A stretch of DNA of 64,000 nt from Balanoglossus misakiensis (Eukaryota > Animalia > Hemichordata). A program made the translations under genes and the position numbers. This document shows, one piece after another, positions 15,001 to 27,200 of this stretch (position 1 is its first letter; each line of letters begins with the position of its first letter). The notes under the pieces are model-generated. The model saw only the letters and a list, made by a program, of their open reading frames with translations, was not told where the DNA came from and did no database searches. Location of the stretch: NCBI GenBank assembly GCA_040954595.2, contig CM082590.2, positions 10,256,088 through 10,320,087 of the forward strand, written 5' to 3'.

Positions 15001-17474
15001 GCATGTGGACACGAGGCAGCAGTTAACAACAGTGTCCATGTTTTCCAAGAATTGATGACTAAAGGAACAGCGTAAGTACAGAAAAATGTTATATACTCCT
15101 ACTGTACTTGTACAGTCAAACCCGTGTTAGTGGCCATTTCTATGTAGTGGAAACTTGTGTGTAGTTGTCATAGTCCCTGTGCAATTGACGTGTGCAGTGA
15201 CAGACTTAATTGGCTTGATTGATTGAGGTTTGACTGTACATATAACCAGCAGTGTTATTGTTGACATTGAACTGTCTGGACGATTTCAAGGGTAACATTG
15301 CTCTGTAAATATGTACATAAATTTTTGACGGCGTTGAAGTAGGACCACTTTGACAGTAATGCCAATTTACTACTGTGCATTGAATGAAAATCATTTTTTT
15401 TTTGTTTTCTGTAGTGTGAGTGCAAACTTGAAAGATGTTATCTACTGTGCTGGTGTTCGGTACGGAGGTGATGCAGAGTTTCAGTACATGTGGGGAAAAT
15501 ACCAGGATGAAACCGTGGCAACAGAGAAGAGAAAGCTTTTGAGAGCAGTTACCTGTACAAGAGACGAAACACATATGCTAACGTAAGTGGTTTCAGATGA
15601 GGGACTGGTCAGTTTCTGGACTTTGTTGGGTTCAGCCCTTTCACCACCATGGTTCAGTCCAAACCAGTTGTTTACAATTGAAAGGGTGGACCTCTAGGGA
15701 GGGAACTGGGGGTGAAAAGGTTATGGGAAACTGTAGTGTAGGCCACTGAAGCTACATAAGTCAAAAGTCGCAACAGAAAACAAAGACTGGATTGGAATAG
15801 TTTTAAATATTTGTCAGTCAAGAGAGCTGTATGGCATCATAACAAGTCTGTAGTCATTTTCATAAAAGGTAGAAGTTCTGTAGACTTGTTTTCTATACAT
15901 TGTAGATGGTATGGTAGTGTTGTTCTGTTGTGAATTGATGTGATGTTTTTTGTGTGTGCATATAATCACTTGATCAGACATTGTGATTATTTATAATTCA
16001 TCTTCATTTGCCAATAACACTGTCATTGAAATTATTTTTACCCTTCAGACTTTTGGAGTCGTCGTTGGATGAAACTAAGATACGATCACAAGACACAGAA
16101 AGTGTTATAGCGTATATTGCCTCAAATCCTTACAACGGCCAACAACTTGCATGGGACTTTGTGAGTTCTAGATGGAACATTCTTACCGATAGGTATGTTG
16201 TGTTGTTGTTGTTTTTTTCACATTAGCAGAATCATAGCAGAATGTTTTCATTTATCAGAATTTTCATAAAAATTATTCCTCAGTGGAGACATTGACTCCC
16301 GGTTAATGATCCAACAAATCAATGTGAAATATTCTTTATTAACTTTGGATATTATAATACATCTTATCTGTAATCTGTGTTTTGAGTCGCCGTTGTGGAG
16401 TCACATGGGGTGCGTTAATTTGACACTGATACATACAATGAGTAACTGGTCAATAGTTCTGAAAACTATTGCCTGGTTATAAAGTTTGAAAGCACCATCT
16501 ATTAATGCACACTCTAAAAACACTTTAACTAAGATGACAATGTTGTCTGTAACTGAGACCATTGACAGTAGAGAAATTTCCTGACTTGTACCATGAGACA
16601 AACGGATGAGACATATTATGAAAAACATATTGACGGTCCATATTCTTGGAACAGCATAAACTTGTGTCCCCTCGCAGCCTCCGGCCTGCGAGTCGTCCCA
16701 GAACAGTGTCTTTCCCTCATCTTTCATCCTCCGGGAAACAGACTGTTTGAGGGCGACTTACAGTCATTAGGGAGAACATAATATTCTGTTTGCTGAGATG
16801 TCTAGTTTTGGTTTAATTACAGGTACGCTGGAAACATCATGATGCTAACTAAAATTATAAAAGCTGTAGCGCCAGGATTTTCTACTGAAGACAAACTCCA
16901 GATGGTAGGGACTAAGTCTGCCCCTTTTCCATTAATTATGTTTGATCCAAGACACCGTGTATGTTATGCCCGGTTGAGTAACGGTTTTATTCACCCCATT
17001 CCCTTAATTTTTCTTTACCATTTATTTTGGCCAGATTTTTACTCTCATATCCTACAGACGGGATGGAAGTTGTGTGTGGTTGAACGTTTCACTATAGTTC
17101 CATATGTAGAATAACAAACGGTGTCTTGTAACAAAAATAGTTTATGGGAAAAGGGCAGCGAGAGAGAGACTTTGTCCCTTTTAAGACAGATATATTTACT
17201 TCCGGCTAATACAGACCTGGAAATGATGTCAGGTGTTTTGGAAATATAATCCTGACTAATCATGATATTTTGCCATTTTTTTTTCTTCTTGACTTTCTAG
17301 TTGGAGAACTTCTTCGCACAGCATCTGAAGGAAGGCTTGGGTGTGCGAGCTATAAACCAAAGCCTGGAGAAAGTACGTTCAAAGGTCGCATGGATGAAAA
17401 CAAATGAAGACATTGTGACCCAGTGGTTGAAGGATAATGTTAATCCTGCTCTTGTGCCTCCCATGATAGAATAA
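3045..17474 (+). CDS. Type II membrane M1-family zinc aminopeptidase (LNPEP/ERAP/ENPEP-like), 17 exons, about 983 aa
   Basis: GT-AG exons 3045-3730, 9605-9881, 10391-10511, 10697-10851, 10992-11105, 11554-11688, 11960-12091, 12311-12486, 13531-13607, 13786-13969, 14284-14431, 14579-14652, 14967-15071, 15415-15582, 16049-16192, 16823-16904, 17301-17474 sum to 2952 nt in frame. Motifs: N-terminal TM anchor, TQFEP, GAMEN, HELAH-x18-E (WLNEGFA), [22 protein letters not shown]. Confidence 0.95.
4427..4776. mobile_element. Kolobok-type non-autonomous element (MITE), intronic
   Basis: TTAA|AGGGACAAAGTCTCTCTC...GAGAGAGTCTTTGTCCCT|TTAA with extended internal inverted symmetry. Related copies or fragments at about 12614-12781, 14010-14100 and 16907-17180. 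Confidence 0.8.
7037..7195. repeat. Imperfect inverted repeat (about 45-bp arms), MITE-like
   Basis: ATGAGTGAACGTAAACATTTTTTTCATACAAATTAGCTGTGATGAA pairs with TTCATCACAGCTATTTTGTATGAAAAAAGTTCATGTTTACTCAT. Confidence 0.6.
8547..8637. mobile_element. About 90-bp piggyBac-like MITE family (other copies at about 10536-10619, 15634-15722, 61285-61378)
   Basis: Four dispersed diverged copies of the consensus TTAACCCTTTCACCACCATGGTTCAGTCCAAA...GGAACTGGGGGTGAAAGGGTTAA; CCC..GGG termini within TTAA. Confidence 0.65.
13220..13374. mobile_element. pogo/Tigger-like (Tc1-mariner superfamily) MITE
   Basis: TA|CTGTAAAACTCCAATTATCCGAA...TTCGGATAATTGGAGTTTTACTG|TA: about 23-bp TIRs with a TA target-site duplication. 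Confidence 0.7.
14686..14915. repeat. 62-bp minisatellite, about 3.5 diverged copies, intronic
   Basis: Repeats of TGTACATTGT.GCAAACAATGTGATTG.TACTTTGTAT.ACA.TGTAGTGTAACTGCTACAA; reverse complement of the array at 47409-47662. Confidence 0.85.
16907..17180. mobile_element. Kolobok-type MITE copy starting 2 nt into intron 16
   Basis: AGGGACTAAGTCTGCCCCTTTTCCATTAATT...GGGAAAAGGGCAGCGAGAGAGACTTTGTCCCT; same family as 4427-4776. Confidence 0.75.
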
Positions 17475-18286
17475 CAGAGATTCGAACTTTTGAAAAGAGT
17501 TTTTATTTTCTTATTTCATTAAATTAACATAGTTCAAACTATTCTTATGTGTAGAAGTAGATTGTTAACGCATAGTGTTTGTATGATGAAAGTTGCCCAA
17601 CTAGTTTTTATTATTAAAGATGTTGACTACATGATACATCAGCTTTCAAGGCATACTGGTGTAGGGAACAGGGTGTGTATCAATCTGGGGTTTTTTCTCT
17701 TGCGCCATTCACAGAAAATCTGTGATTGGCTATAGTTAAGTTGTCTATGGTAACAGTGATTATATTTGCATAGGTGACCATATACCTTTAACATGTCTTG
17801 AAGACAATTTACAATTAGTTATTTGGTGTCGTGATTGCCAAATACAAGTTGCTGATGTTGTTCTGCTTATCCAACAATCTGGCCCCATGTTCCTTGGTGT
17901 GATGACTCCTACGTATAAGACTTCCTTTACAGCACATTCTAGTTTCTGGTGAGTACCAAGGTGACATTCATGAACAATCAAAGATGTTCAAAATCTGTTG
18001 CCTTTCCTTAAAGGGAGCAATATAGCAACTGAATGACATTTTCTCAGTTTTCAACTTGACATATTTCTTTATCAATAATGCTGTAACTCAACATTAAAAA
18101 GAAGGTTGCAAGTTTCACACACCTAAAACCCTGTCTTGGAAATTATTTTATTTTCATAGAAATATACTTGAACTGGGGATAAAGAGGTTGCCATGGTGAT
18201 TGTGAAGACACTCAACATTCCGTACTGTTTCCAAATGGCACACTACCAATTGATAATGATGATGATGAAAAAAATCGTATTATAGA

Positions 18287-21200
18287 TCATGAAAATCATC
18301 CAAAAATGTCGATTTTTCGACTTTGCGAAGTTTCGAAATTTCTTCACTTTTTGAAAAAAATCATGGGTTATAGCTCATGAAAATCATCCAAAAATGATGA
18401 TTTTTCGACTTTGCGAAATTTCGAAATTTCTTCATTTTTAGAAAAAAATCATGGGTTATAGCTCATGAAAATCATCCAAAAATGTCGATTTTTCGACCTT
18501 GCGAAATTTCGAAATTTCTTCATTTTTAGAAAAAAATCATGGGTAATAGCTCATGAAAATCATCCAAAAATGTCGATTTTTCGACTTTGCGAAATTTCGA
18601 AATTTCTTCATTTTTTGAAAAAAATCATGGGTTATAGCTCATGAAAATCATCCAAAAATGACGATATTTCGATTTTGCGAAGTTTCGAAATTTCTTCATT
18701 TTTTGAAAAAAATCATGGGTTATAGCTCATGAAAATCATCCAAAAATGACGATTTTTCGACTTTGCGAAGTTTCCAAATTTCTTCACTTTTTGAAAAAAA
18801 TGATGGGTTATAGCTCATGAAAATCATCCAAAAATGATGATTTTTCGACTTTGCGAAGTTTCGAAATTTCTTCACTTTTTGAAAAAAATCATGGGTTATA
18901 GCTCATGAAAATCATCCAAAAATGACGGTTTTTCGACTTTGCGAAGTTTCGAAATTTCTTCACTTTTTGAAAAAAATGATGGGTTATAGCTCATGAAAAT
19001 CATCCAAAAATGACGATTTTTCGACTTTGCGAAGTTTCGAAATTTCTTCATTTTTAGAAAAAAATCATGGGTTATAGCTCATGAAAATCATCCAAAAATG
19101 ACGATTTTTCGACTTTGGAAAGTTTCGAAATTTCCTCATTTTTAGAAGAAAATCATGGGTTATAGCTCATGAAAATCATCCAAAAATGATGATTTTTCGA
19201 CTTTGCGAAGTTTCGAAATTTCTTCACTTTTTGAAAAAAATCATGGGTTATAGCTCATGAAAATCATCCAAAAATGACGATTTTTCGACTTTGCGAAGTT
19301 TCGAAATTTCTTCACTTTTTGAAAAAAATCATGGGTTATAGCTCATGAAAATCATCCAAAAATGATGATTTTTCGACTTTGCGAAGTTTCGAAATTTCCT
19401 CATTTTTAGAAGAAAATCATGGGTTATAGCTCATGAAAATCATCCAAAAATGACGATTTTTTGACTTTGCGAAGTTTCGAATTTTCTTCATTTTTTGAAA
19501 AATATTGCTCACCTGATTAGTTTATGATTTAAATTGAATAAAGGAATTAGGATAAACTCTTTTTTAACTGCATATACGAGGTTAAAGGTCAGGACGAGCG
19601 CCCTCTTTTAACCGCCATCAAAATTACTTTGTTCACCCCCTTCCCTTTTTGCAGTACTCGCCTTGATATCTGCATATGCAAATACACGCAAATACATGCA
19701 AATCTTGCCTACGGCTTCGTGACTTCGGGGGTAATTTTGGCGGTTTTTCTCAATATTTCACTTAGTTTTCCACCAAATAAAACCGGATTTTATGCTAAAG
19801 TGTTTAGATTGCTTGTCCTAACCCAGGCAAAGTATAACATGTAAGCAAAAAGTAGGTTTTGAGGCCGATTTTTCAGTTTAAAAGTCTCAGATAGCAATCT
19901 TTCAATTCTTTTGTTTTTATTAGAATTTGAGGGTCTACAAGCCCTTTTCGGCCAAGAAAGTGAAGAGGTTGGATTTAAGGGTTTTCCAGTAGTTTACAGG
20001 TGGGGGTACAGGAAATATTACCGAAGTTTAGTGGTGTGTACTGGTTTAGCAGTAACAATTTTGTTTTCTAAGATTTATAATATTTTTTTCTGATGAGAAT
20101 ATAGTCGATTTTGAGGATGATGGTAACCATGGAGATGATGATAGAGATGATGAGAATAGTGATGACGATTAAACAATGATAATGGTGATGATAATGAAAT
20201 GGCGATGTCAAATATTATTATGATGTGAACCGGATAATATCTAATGCCTAATTTTATTTGTAGATCATGAAATATACCAATCAGTGCTGAATTTGATCGA
20301 ACGAGGCTGCAAGGTCATTCGAGTCAACCATCTAGGGCTTCATGCATCGTATCGGAGAAACTTTGGAGACGGCTACGCTTGCAGATTTCTTCCAATTAAA
20401 CCAAGCGACGTCCGAGACTGTGCGTAATATGTTTTATTTGGATGTGAGAGGTTGAAAATATTTGACCGGGAACACAAATTAAGGTGAGAATTGATGTTAC
20501 ATCGACGTGCTAGCTTGTACACAAATCATGGGTTATAGCTCATGAAAATCATCCAAAAATGACGATATTTCGATTTTGCGAAGTTTCGAAATTTCTTCAT
20601 TTTTTGAAAAAAATCATGGGTTATAGCTCATGAAAATCATCCAAAAAAATGACGATTTTTCGACTTTGCGAAGTTTCGAAATTTCTTCATTTTTAGAAAA
20701 AAATCATGGGTTATAGCTCATGAAAATCATCCAAAAATGTCGATTTTTCGACTTTGCGGAGTTTCGAAATTTCCTCATTTTTAGAAGAAAATCATGGGTT
20801 ATAGCACATGAAAATCATCCAAAAATGACGATTTTTCGACTTTGCGAAATTTCGAAATTTCCTCATTTTTAGAAGAAAATCATGGGTTATAGCACATGAA
20901 AATCATCCAAAAATGACGATTTTTCGACTTTGCGAAGTTTCGAAATTTCTTCATTTTTAGAAAAAAATCATGGGTTATAGCTCATGAAAATCATCCAAAA
21001 ATGACGATTTTTCGACTTTGGAAAGTTTCGAAATTTCCTCATTTTTAGAAGAAAATCATGGGTTATAGCTCATGAAAATCATCCAAAAATGATGATTTTT
21101 CGACTTTGCGAAGTTTCGAAATTTCTTCATTTTTTGAAAAAAATCATGGGTTATAGCTCATGAAAATCATCCAAAAAAATGACGATTTTTCGACTTTGCG

Positions 21201-24200
21201 AAGTTTCGAAATTTCTTCATTTTTAGAAAAAAATCATGGGTTATAGCTCATGAAAATCATCCAAAAATGTCGATTTTTCGACTTTGCGGAGTTTCGAAAT
21301 TTCCTCATTTTTAGAAGAAAATCATGGGTTATAGCACATGAAAATCATCCAAAAATGACGATTTTTCGACTTTGCGAAATTTCGAAATTTCCTCATTTTT
21401 AGAAGAAAATCATGGGTTATAGCACATGAAAATCATCCAAAAATGACGATTTTTCGACTTTGCGAAGTTTCGAAATTTCTTCATTTTTAGAAAAAAATCA
21501 TGGGTTATAGCTCATGAAAATCATCCAAAAATGACGATTTTTCGACTTTGGAAAGTTTCGAAATTTCCTCATTTTTAGAAGAAAATCATGGGTTATAGCT
21601 CATGAAAATCATCCAAAAATGATGATTTTTCGACTTTGCGAAGTTTCGAAATTTCTTCACTTTTTGAAAAAAATCATGGGTTATAGCTCATGAAAATCAT
21701 CCAAAAATGACGATTTTTCGACTTTGCGAAGTTTCGAAATTTCTTCACTTTTTGAAAAAAATCATGGGTTATAGCTCATTAAAATCATCCAAAAATGACG
21801 GTTTTTCGACTTTGCGAAGTTTCGAAATTTCTTCACTTTTTGAAAAAAATCATGGGTTATAGCTCATGAAAATCATCCAAAAATGATGATTTTTCGACTT
21901 TGCGAAGTTTCGAAATTTCTTCACTTTTTGAAAAAAATCATGGGTTATAGCTCATGAAAATCATCCAAAAATGATGATTTTTCGACTTTGCGAAGTTTCG
22001 AAATTTCCTCATTTTTAGAAGAAAATCATGGGTTATAGCTCATGAAAATCATCCAAAAATGACGATTTTTCGACTTTGCGAAGTTTCGAATTTTCTTCAT
22101 TTTTTGAAAAATATTGCTCACCTGATTAGTTTATGATTTAAATTGAATAAAGGAATTAGGATAAACTCTTTTTTAACTGCATATACGAGGTTAAAGGTCA
22201 GGACGAGCGCCCTCTTTTAACCGCCATCAAAATTACTTTGTTCACCCCCTTCCCTTTTTGCAGTACTCGCCTTGATATCTGCATATGCAAATACATGCAA
22301 ATACATGCAAATCTTGCTTACGGCTTCGTGACTTCGGGGGTAATTTTGGCGGTTTTTCTCAATATTTCACTTAGTTTTCCACCAAATAAAACCGGATTTT
22401 ATGCTAAAGTGTTTAGATTGCTTGTCCTAACCCAGGCAAAGTATAACATGTAAGCAAAAAGTAGGTTTTGAGGCCGATTTTTCAGTTTAAAAGTCTCAGA
22501 TAGCAATCTTTCAATTCTTTTGTTTTTATTAGAATTTGAGGGTCTACAAGCCCTTTTCGGCCAAGAAAGTGAAGAGGTTGGATTTAAGGGTTTTCCAGTA
22601 GTTTACAGGTGGGGGTACAGGAAATATTACCGAAGTTTAGTGGTGTGTACTGGTTTAGCAGTAACAATTTTGTTTTCTAAGATTTATAATATTTTTTTCT
22701 GATGAGAATATAGTCGATTTTGAGGATGATGGTAACCATGGAGATGATGATAGAGATGATGAGAATAGTGATGACGATTAAACAATGATAATGGTGATGA
22801 TAATGAAATGGCGATGTCAAATATTATTATGATGTGAACCGGATAATATCTAATGCCTAATTTTATTTGTAGATCATGAAATATACCAATCAGTGCTGAA
22901 TTTGATCGAACGAGGCTGCAAGGTCATTCGAGTCAACCATCTAGGGCTTCATGCATCGTATCGGAGAAACTTTGGCGACGGCTACGCTTGCAGATTTCTT
23001 CCAATTAAACCAAGCGACGTCCGAGACTGTGCGTAATATGTTTTATTTGGATGTGAGAGGTTGAAAATATTTGACCGGGAACACAAATTAAGGTGAGAAT
23101 TGATGTTACATCGACGTGCTAGCTTGTACACAAATCATGGGTTATAGCTCATGAAAATCATCCAAAAATGACGATTTTTCGACTTTGCGAAGTTTCGAAA
23201 TTTCTTCATTTTTAGAAAAAAATCATGGGTTATAGCTCATGAAAATCATCCAAAAATGTCGATTTTTCGACTTTGCGGAGTTTCGAAATTTCCTCATTTT
23301 TAGAAGAAAATCATGGGTTATAGCACATGAAAATCATCCAAAAATGACGATTTTTCGACTTTGCGAAGTTTCGAAATTTCTTCATTTTTAGAAAAAAATC
23401 ATGGGTTATAGCTCATGAAAATCATCCAAAAATGACGATTTTTCGACTTTGCGAAGTTTCGAAATTTCTTCATTTTTAGAAAAAAATCATGGGTTATAGC
23501 TCATGAAAATCATCCAAAAATGTCGATTTTTCGACTTTGCGGAGTTTCGAAATTTCCTCATTTTTAGAAGAAAATCATGGGTTATAGCACATGAAAATCA
23601 TCCAAAAATGACGATTTTTCGACTTTGCGAAGATTCGAAATTTCTTCATTTTTAGAAAAAAATCATGGGTTATAGCTCATGAAAATCATCCAAAAATGAC
23701 GATTTTTCGACTTTGCGAAGTTTCGAAATTTCTTCATTTTTAGAAAAAAATCATGGGTAATAGCTCATGAAAATCATCCAAAAATGACGATTTTTCGACT
23801 TTGCGAAGTTTCGAAATTTCTTCACTTTTTGAAAAAAATCATGGGTTATAGCTCATTAAAATCATCCAAAAATGACGGTTTTTCGATTTTGCGAAGTTTC
23901 GAAATTTCTTCACTTTTTGAAAAAAATCATGGGTTATAGCTAATGAAAATCATCCAAAAATGTCGATTTTTCGACTTTGCGGAGTTTCGAAATTTCCTCA
24001 TTTTTAGAAGAAAATCATGGGTTATAAATCATCCAAAAATGACGATTTTTCGACTTTGCGAAGTTTCGAAATTTCTTCATTTTTAGAAAAAAATCATGGG
24101 TTATAGCTCATGAAAATCATCCAAAAATGACGATTTTTCGACTTTGCGAAGTTTCGAAATTTCTTCATTTTTAGAAAAAAATCATGGGTTATAGCTCATG

Positions 24201-27200
24201 AAAATCATCCAAAAATGTCGATTTTTCGACTTTGCGGAGTTTCGAAATTTCCTCATATTTAGAAGAAAATCATGGGTTATAGCACATGAAAATCATCCAA
24301 AAATGACGATTTTTCGACTTTGCGAAGTTTCGAAATTTCTTCATTTTTAGAAAAAAATCATGGGTTATAGCTCATGAAAATCATCCAAAAATGACGATTT
24401 TTCGACTTTGCGAAGTTTCGAAATTTCTTCATTTTTAGAAAAAAATCATGGGTAATAGCTCATGAAAATCATCCAAAAATGACGATTTTTCGACTTTGCG
24501 AAGTTTCGAAATTTCTTCACTTTTTGAAAAAAATCATGGGTTATAGCTCATTAAAATCATCCAAAAATGACGGTTTTTCGATTTTGCGAAGTTTCGAAAT
24601 TTCTTCACTTTTTGAAAAAAATCATGGGTTATAGCTCATGAAAATCATCCAAAAATGATGATTTTTCGACTTTGCGAAGTTTCGAAATTTCTTCACTTTT
24701 TGAAAAAAATCATGGGTTATAGCTCATGAAAATCATCCAAAAATGATGATTTTTCGACTTTGCGAAGTTTCGAAATTTCCTCATTTTTAGAAGAAAATCA
24801 TGGGTTATAGCTCATGAAAATCATCCAAAAATGACGATTTTTCGACTTTGCGAAGTTTCGAATTTTCTTCATTTTTTGAAAAATATTGCTCACCTGATTA
24901 GTTTATGATTTAAATTGAATAAAGGAATTAGGATAAACTCTTTTTTAACTGCATATACGAGGTTAAAGGTCAGGACGAGCGCCCTCTTTTAACCGCCATC
25001 AAAATTACTTTGTTCACCCCCTTCCCTTTTTGCAGTACTCGCCTTGATATCTGCATATGCAAATACACGCAAATACATGCAAATCTTGCCTACGGCTTCG
25101 TGACTTCGGGGGTAATTTTGGCGGTTTTTCTCAATATTTCACTTAGTTTTCCACCAAATAAAACCGGATTTTATGCTAAAGTGTTTAGATTGCTTGTCCT
25201 AACCCAGGCAAAGTATAACATGTAAGCAAAAAGTAGGTTTTGAGGCCGATTTTTCAGTTTAAAAGTCTCAGATAGCAATCTTTCAATTCTTTTGTTTTTA
25301 TTAGAATTTGAGGGTCTACAAGCCCTTTTCGGCCAAGAAAGTGAAGAGGTTGGATTTAAGGGTTTTCCAGTAGTTTACAGGTGGGGGTACAGGAAATATT
25401 ACCGAAGTTTAGTGGTGTGTACTGGTTTAGCAGTAACAATTTTGTTTTCTAAGATTTATAATATTTTTTTCTGATGAGAATATAGTCGATTTTGAGGATG
25501 ATGGTAACCATGGAGATGATGATAGAGATGATGAGAATAGTGATGACGATTAAACAATGATAATGGTGATGATAATGAAATGGCGATGTCAAATATTATT
25601 ATGATGTGAACCGGATAATATCTAATGCCTAATTTTATTTGTAGATCATGAAATATACCAATCAGTGCTGAATTTGATCGAACGAGGCTGCAAGGTCATT
25701 CGAGTCAACCATCTAGGGCTTCATGCATCGTATCGGAGAAACTTTGGAGACGGCTACGCTTGCAGATTTCTTCCAATTAAACCAAGCGACGTCCGAGACT
25801 GTGCGTAATATGTTTTATTTGGATGTGAGAGGTTGAAAATATTTGACCGGGAACACAAATTAAGGTGAGAATTGATGTTACATCGACGTGCTAGCTTGTA
25901 CACAAATCATGGGTTATAGCTCATGAAAATCATCCAAAAATGACGATATTTCGATTTTGCGAAGTTTCGAAATTTCTTCATTTTTTGAAAAAAATCATGG
26001 GTTATAGCTCATGAAAATCATCCAAAAAAATGACGATTTTTCGACTTTGCGAAGTTTCGAAATTTCTTCATTTTTAGAAAAAAATCATGGGTTATAGCTC
26101 ATGAAAATCATCCAAAAATGTCGATTTTTCGACTTTGCGGAGTTTCGAAATTTCCTCATTTTTAGAAGAAAATCATGGGTTATAGCACATGAAAATCATC
26201 CAAAAATGACGATTTTTCGACTTTGCGAAGTTTCGAAATTTCTTCATTTTTAGAAAAAAATCATGGGTTATAGCTCATGAAAATCATCCAAAAATGTCGA
26301 TTTTTCGACTTTGCGGAGTTTCGAAATTTCCTCATTTTTAGAAGAAAATCATGGGTTATAGCACATGAAAATCATCCAAAAATGACGATTTTTCGACTTT
26401 GCGAAGTTTCGAAATTTCTTCATTTTTAGAAAAAAATCATGGGTTATAGCTCATGAAAATCATCCAAAAATGACGATTTTTCGACTTTGGAAAGTTTCGA
26501 AATTTCCTCATTTTTAGAAGAAAATCATGGGTTATAGCTCATGAAAATCATCCAAAAATGATGATTTTTCGACTTTGCGAAGTTTCGAAATTTCTTCACT
26601 TTTTGAAAAAAATCATGGGTTATAGCTCATGAAAATCATCCAAAAATGACGATTTTTCGACTTTGCGAAGTTTCGAAATTTCTTCACTTTTTGAAAAAAA
26701 TCATGGGTTATAGCTCATTAAAATCATCCAAAAATGACGGTTTTTCGACTTTGCGAAGTTTCGAAATTTCTTCACTTTTTGAAAAAAATCATGGGTTATA
26801 GCTCATGAAAATCTTCCAAAAATGATGATTTTTCGACTTTGCGAAGTTTCGAAATTTCTTCACTTTTTGAAAAAAATCATGGGTTATAGCTCATGAAAAT
26901 CATCCAAAAATGATGATTTTTCGACTTTGCGAAGTTTCGAAATTTCCTCATTTTTAGAAGAAAATCATGGGTTATAGCTCATGAAAATCATCCAAAAATG
27001 ACGATTTTTCGACTTTGCGAAGTTTCGAATTTTCTTCATTTTTTGAAAAATATTGCTCACCTGATTAGTTTATGATTTAAATTGAATAAAGGAATTAGGA
27101 TAAACTCTTTTTTAACTGCATATACGAGGTTAAAGGTCAGGACGAGCGCCCTCTTTTAACCGCCATCAAAATTACTTTGTTCACCCCCTTCCCTTTTTGC

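Noticed and set aside
19725-19745. Sm-site-like AATTTTGG downstream of octamers (snRNA or SL RNA gene?)
   Set aside because: No recognisable U snRNA, 5S or SL RNA sequence or stem-loop arrangement around it.
19629-20093. 71-aa and 60-aa ORFs recurring in each spacer
   Set aside because: TTG starts and no recognisable motifs. Recurrence only reflects DNA duplication, and the 60-aa frame is disrupted in the solo copy near 39165-39210.
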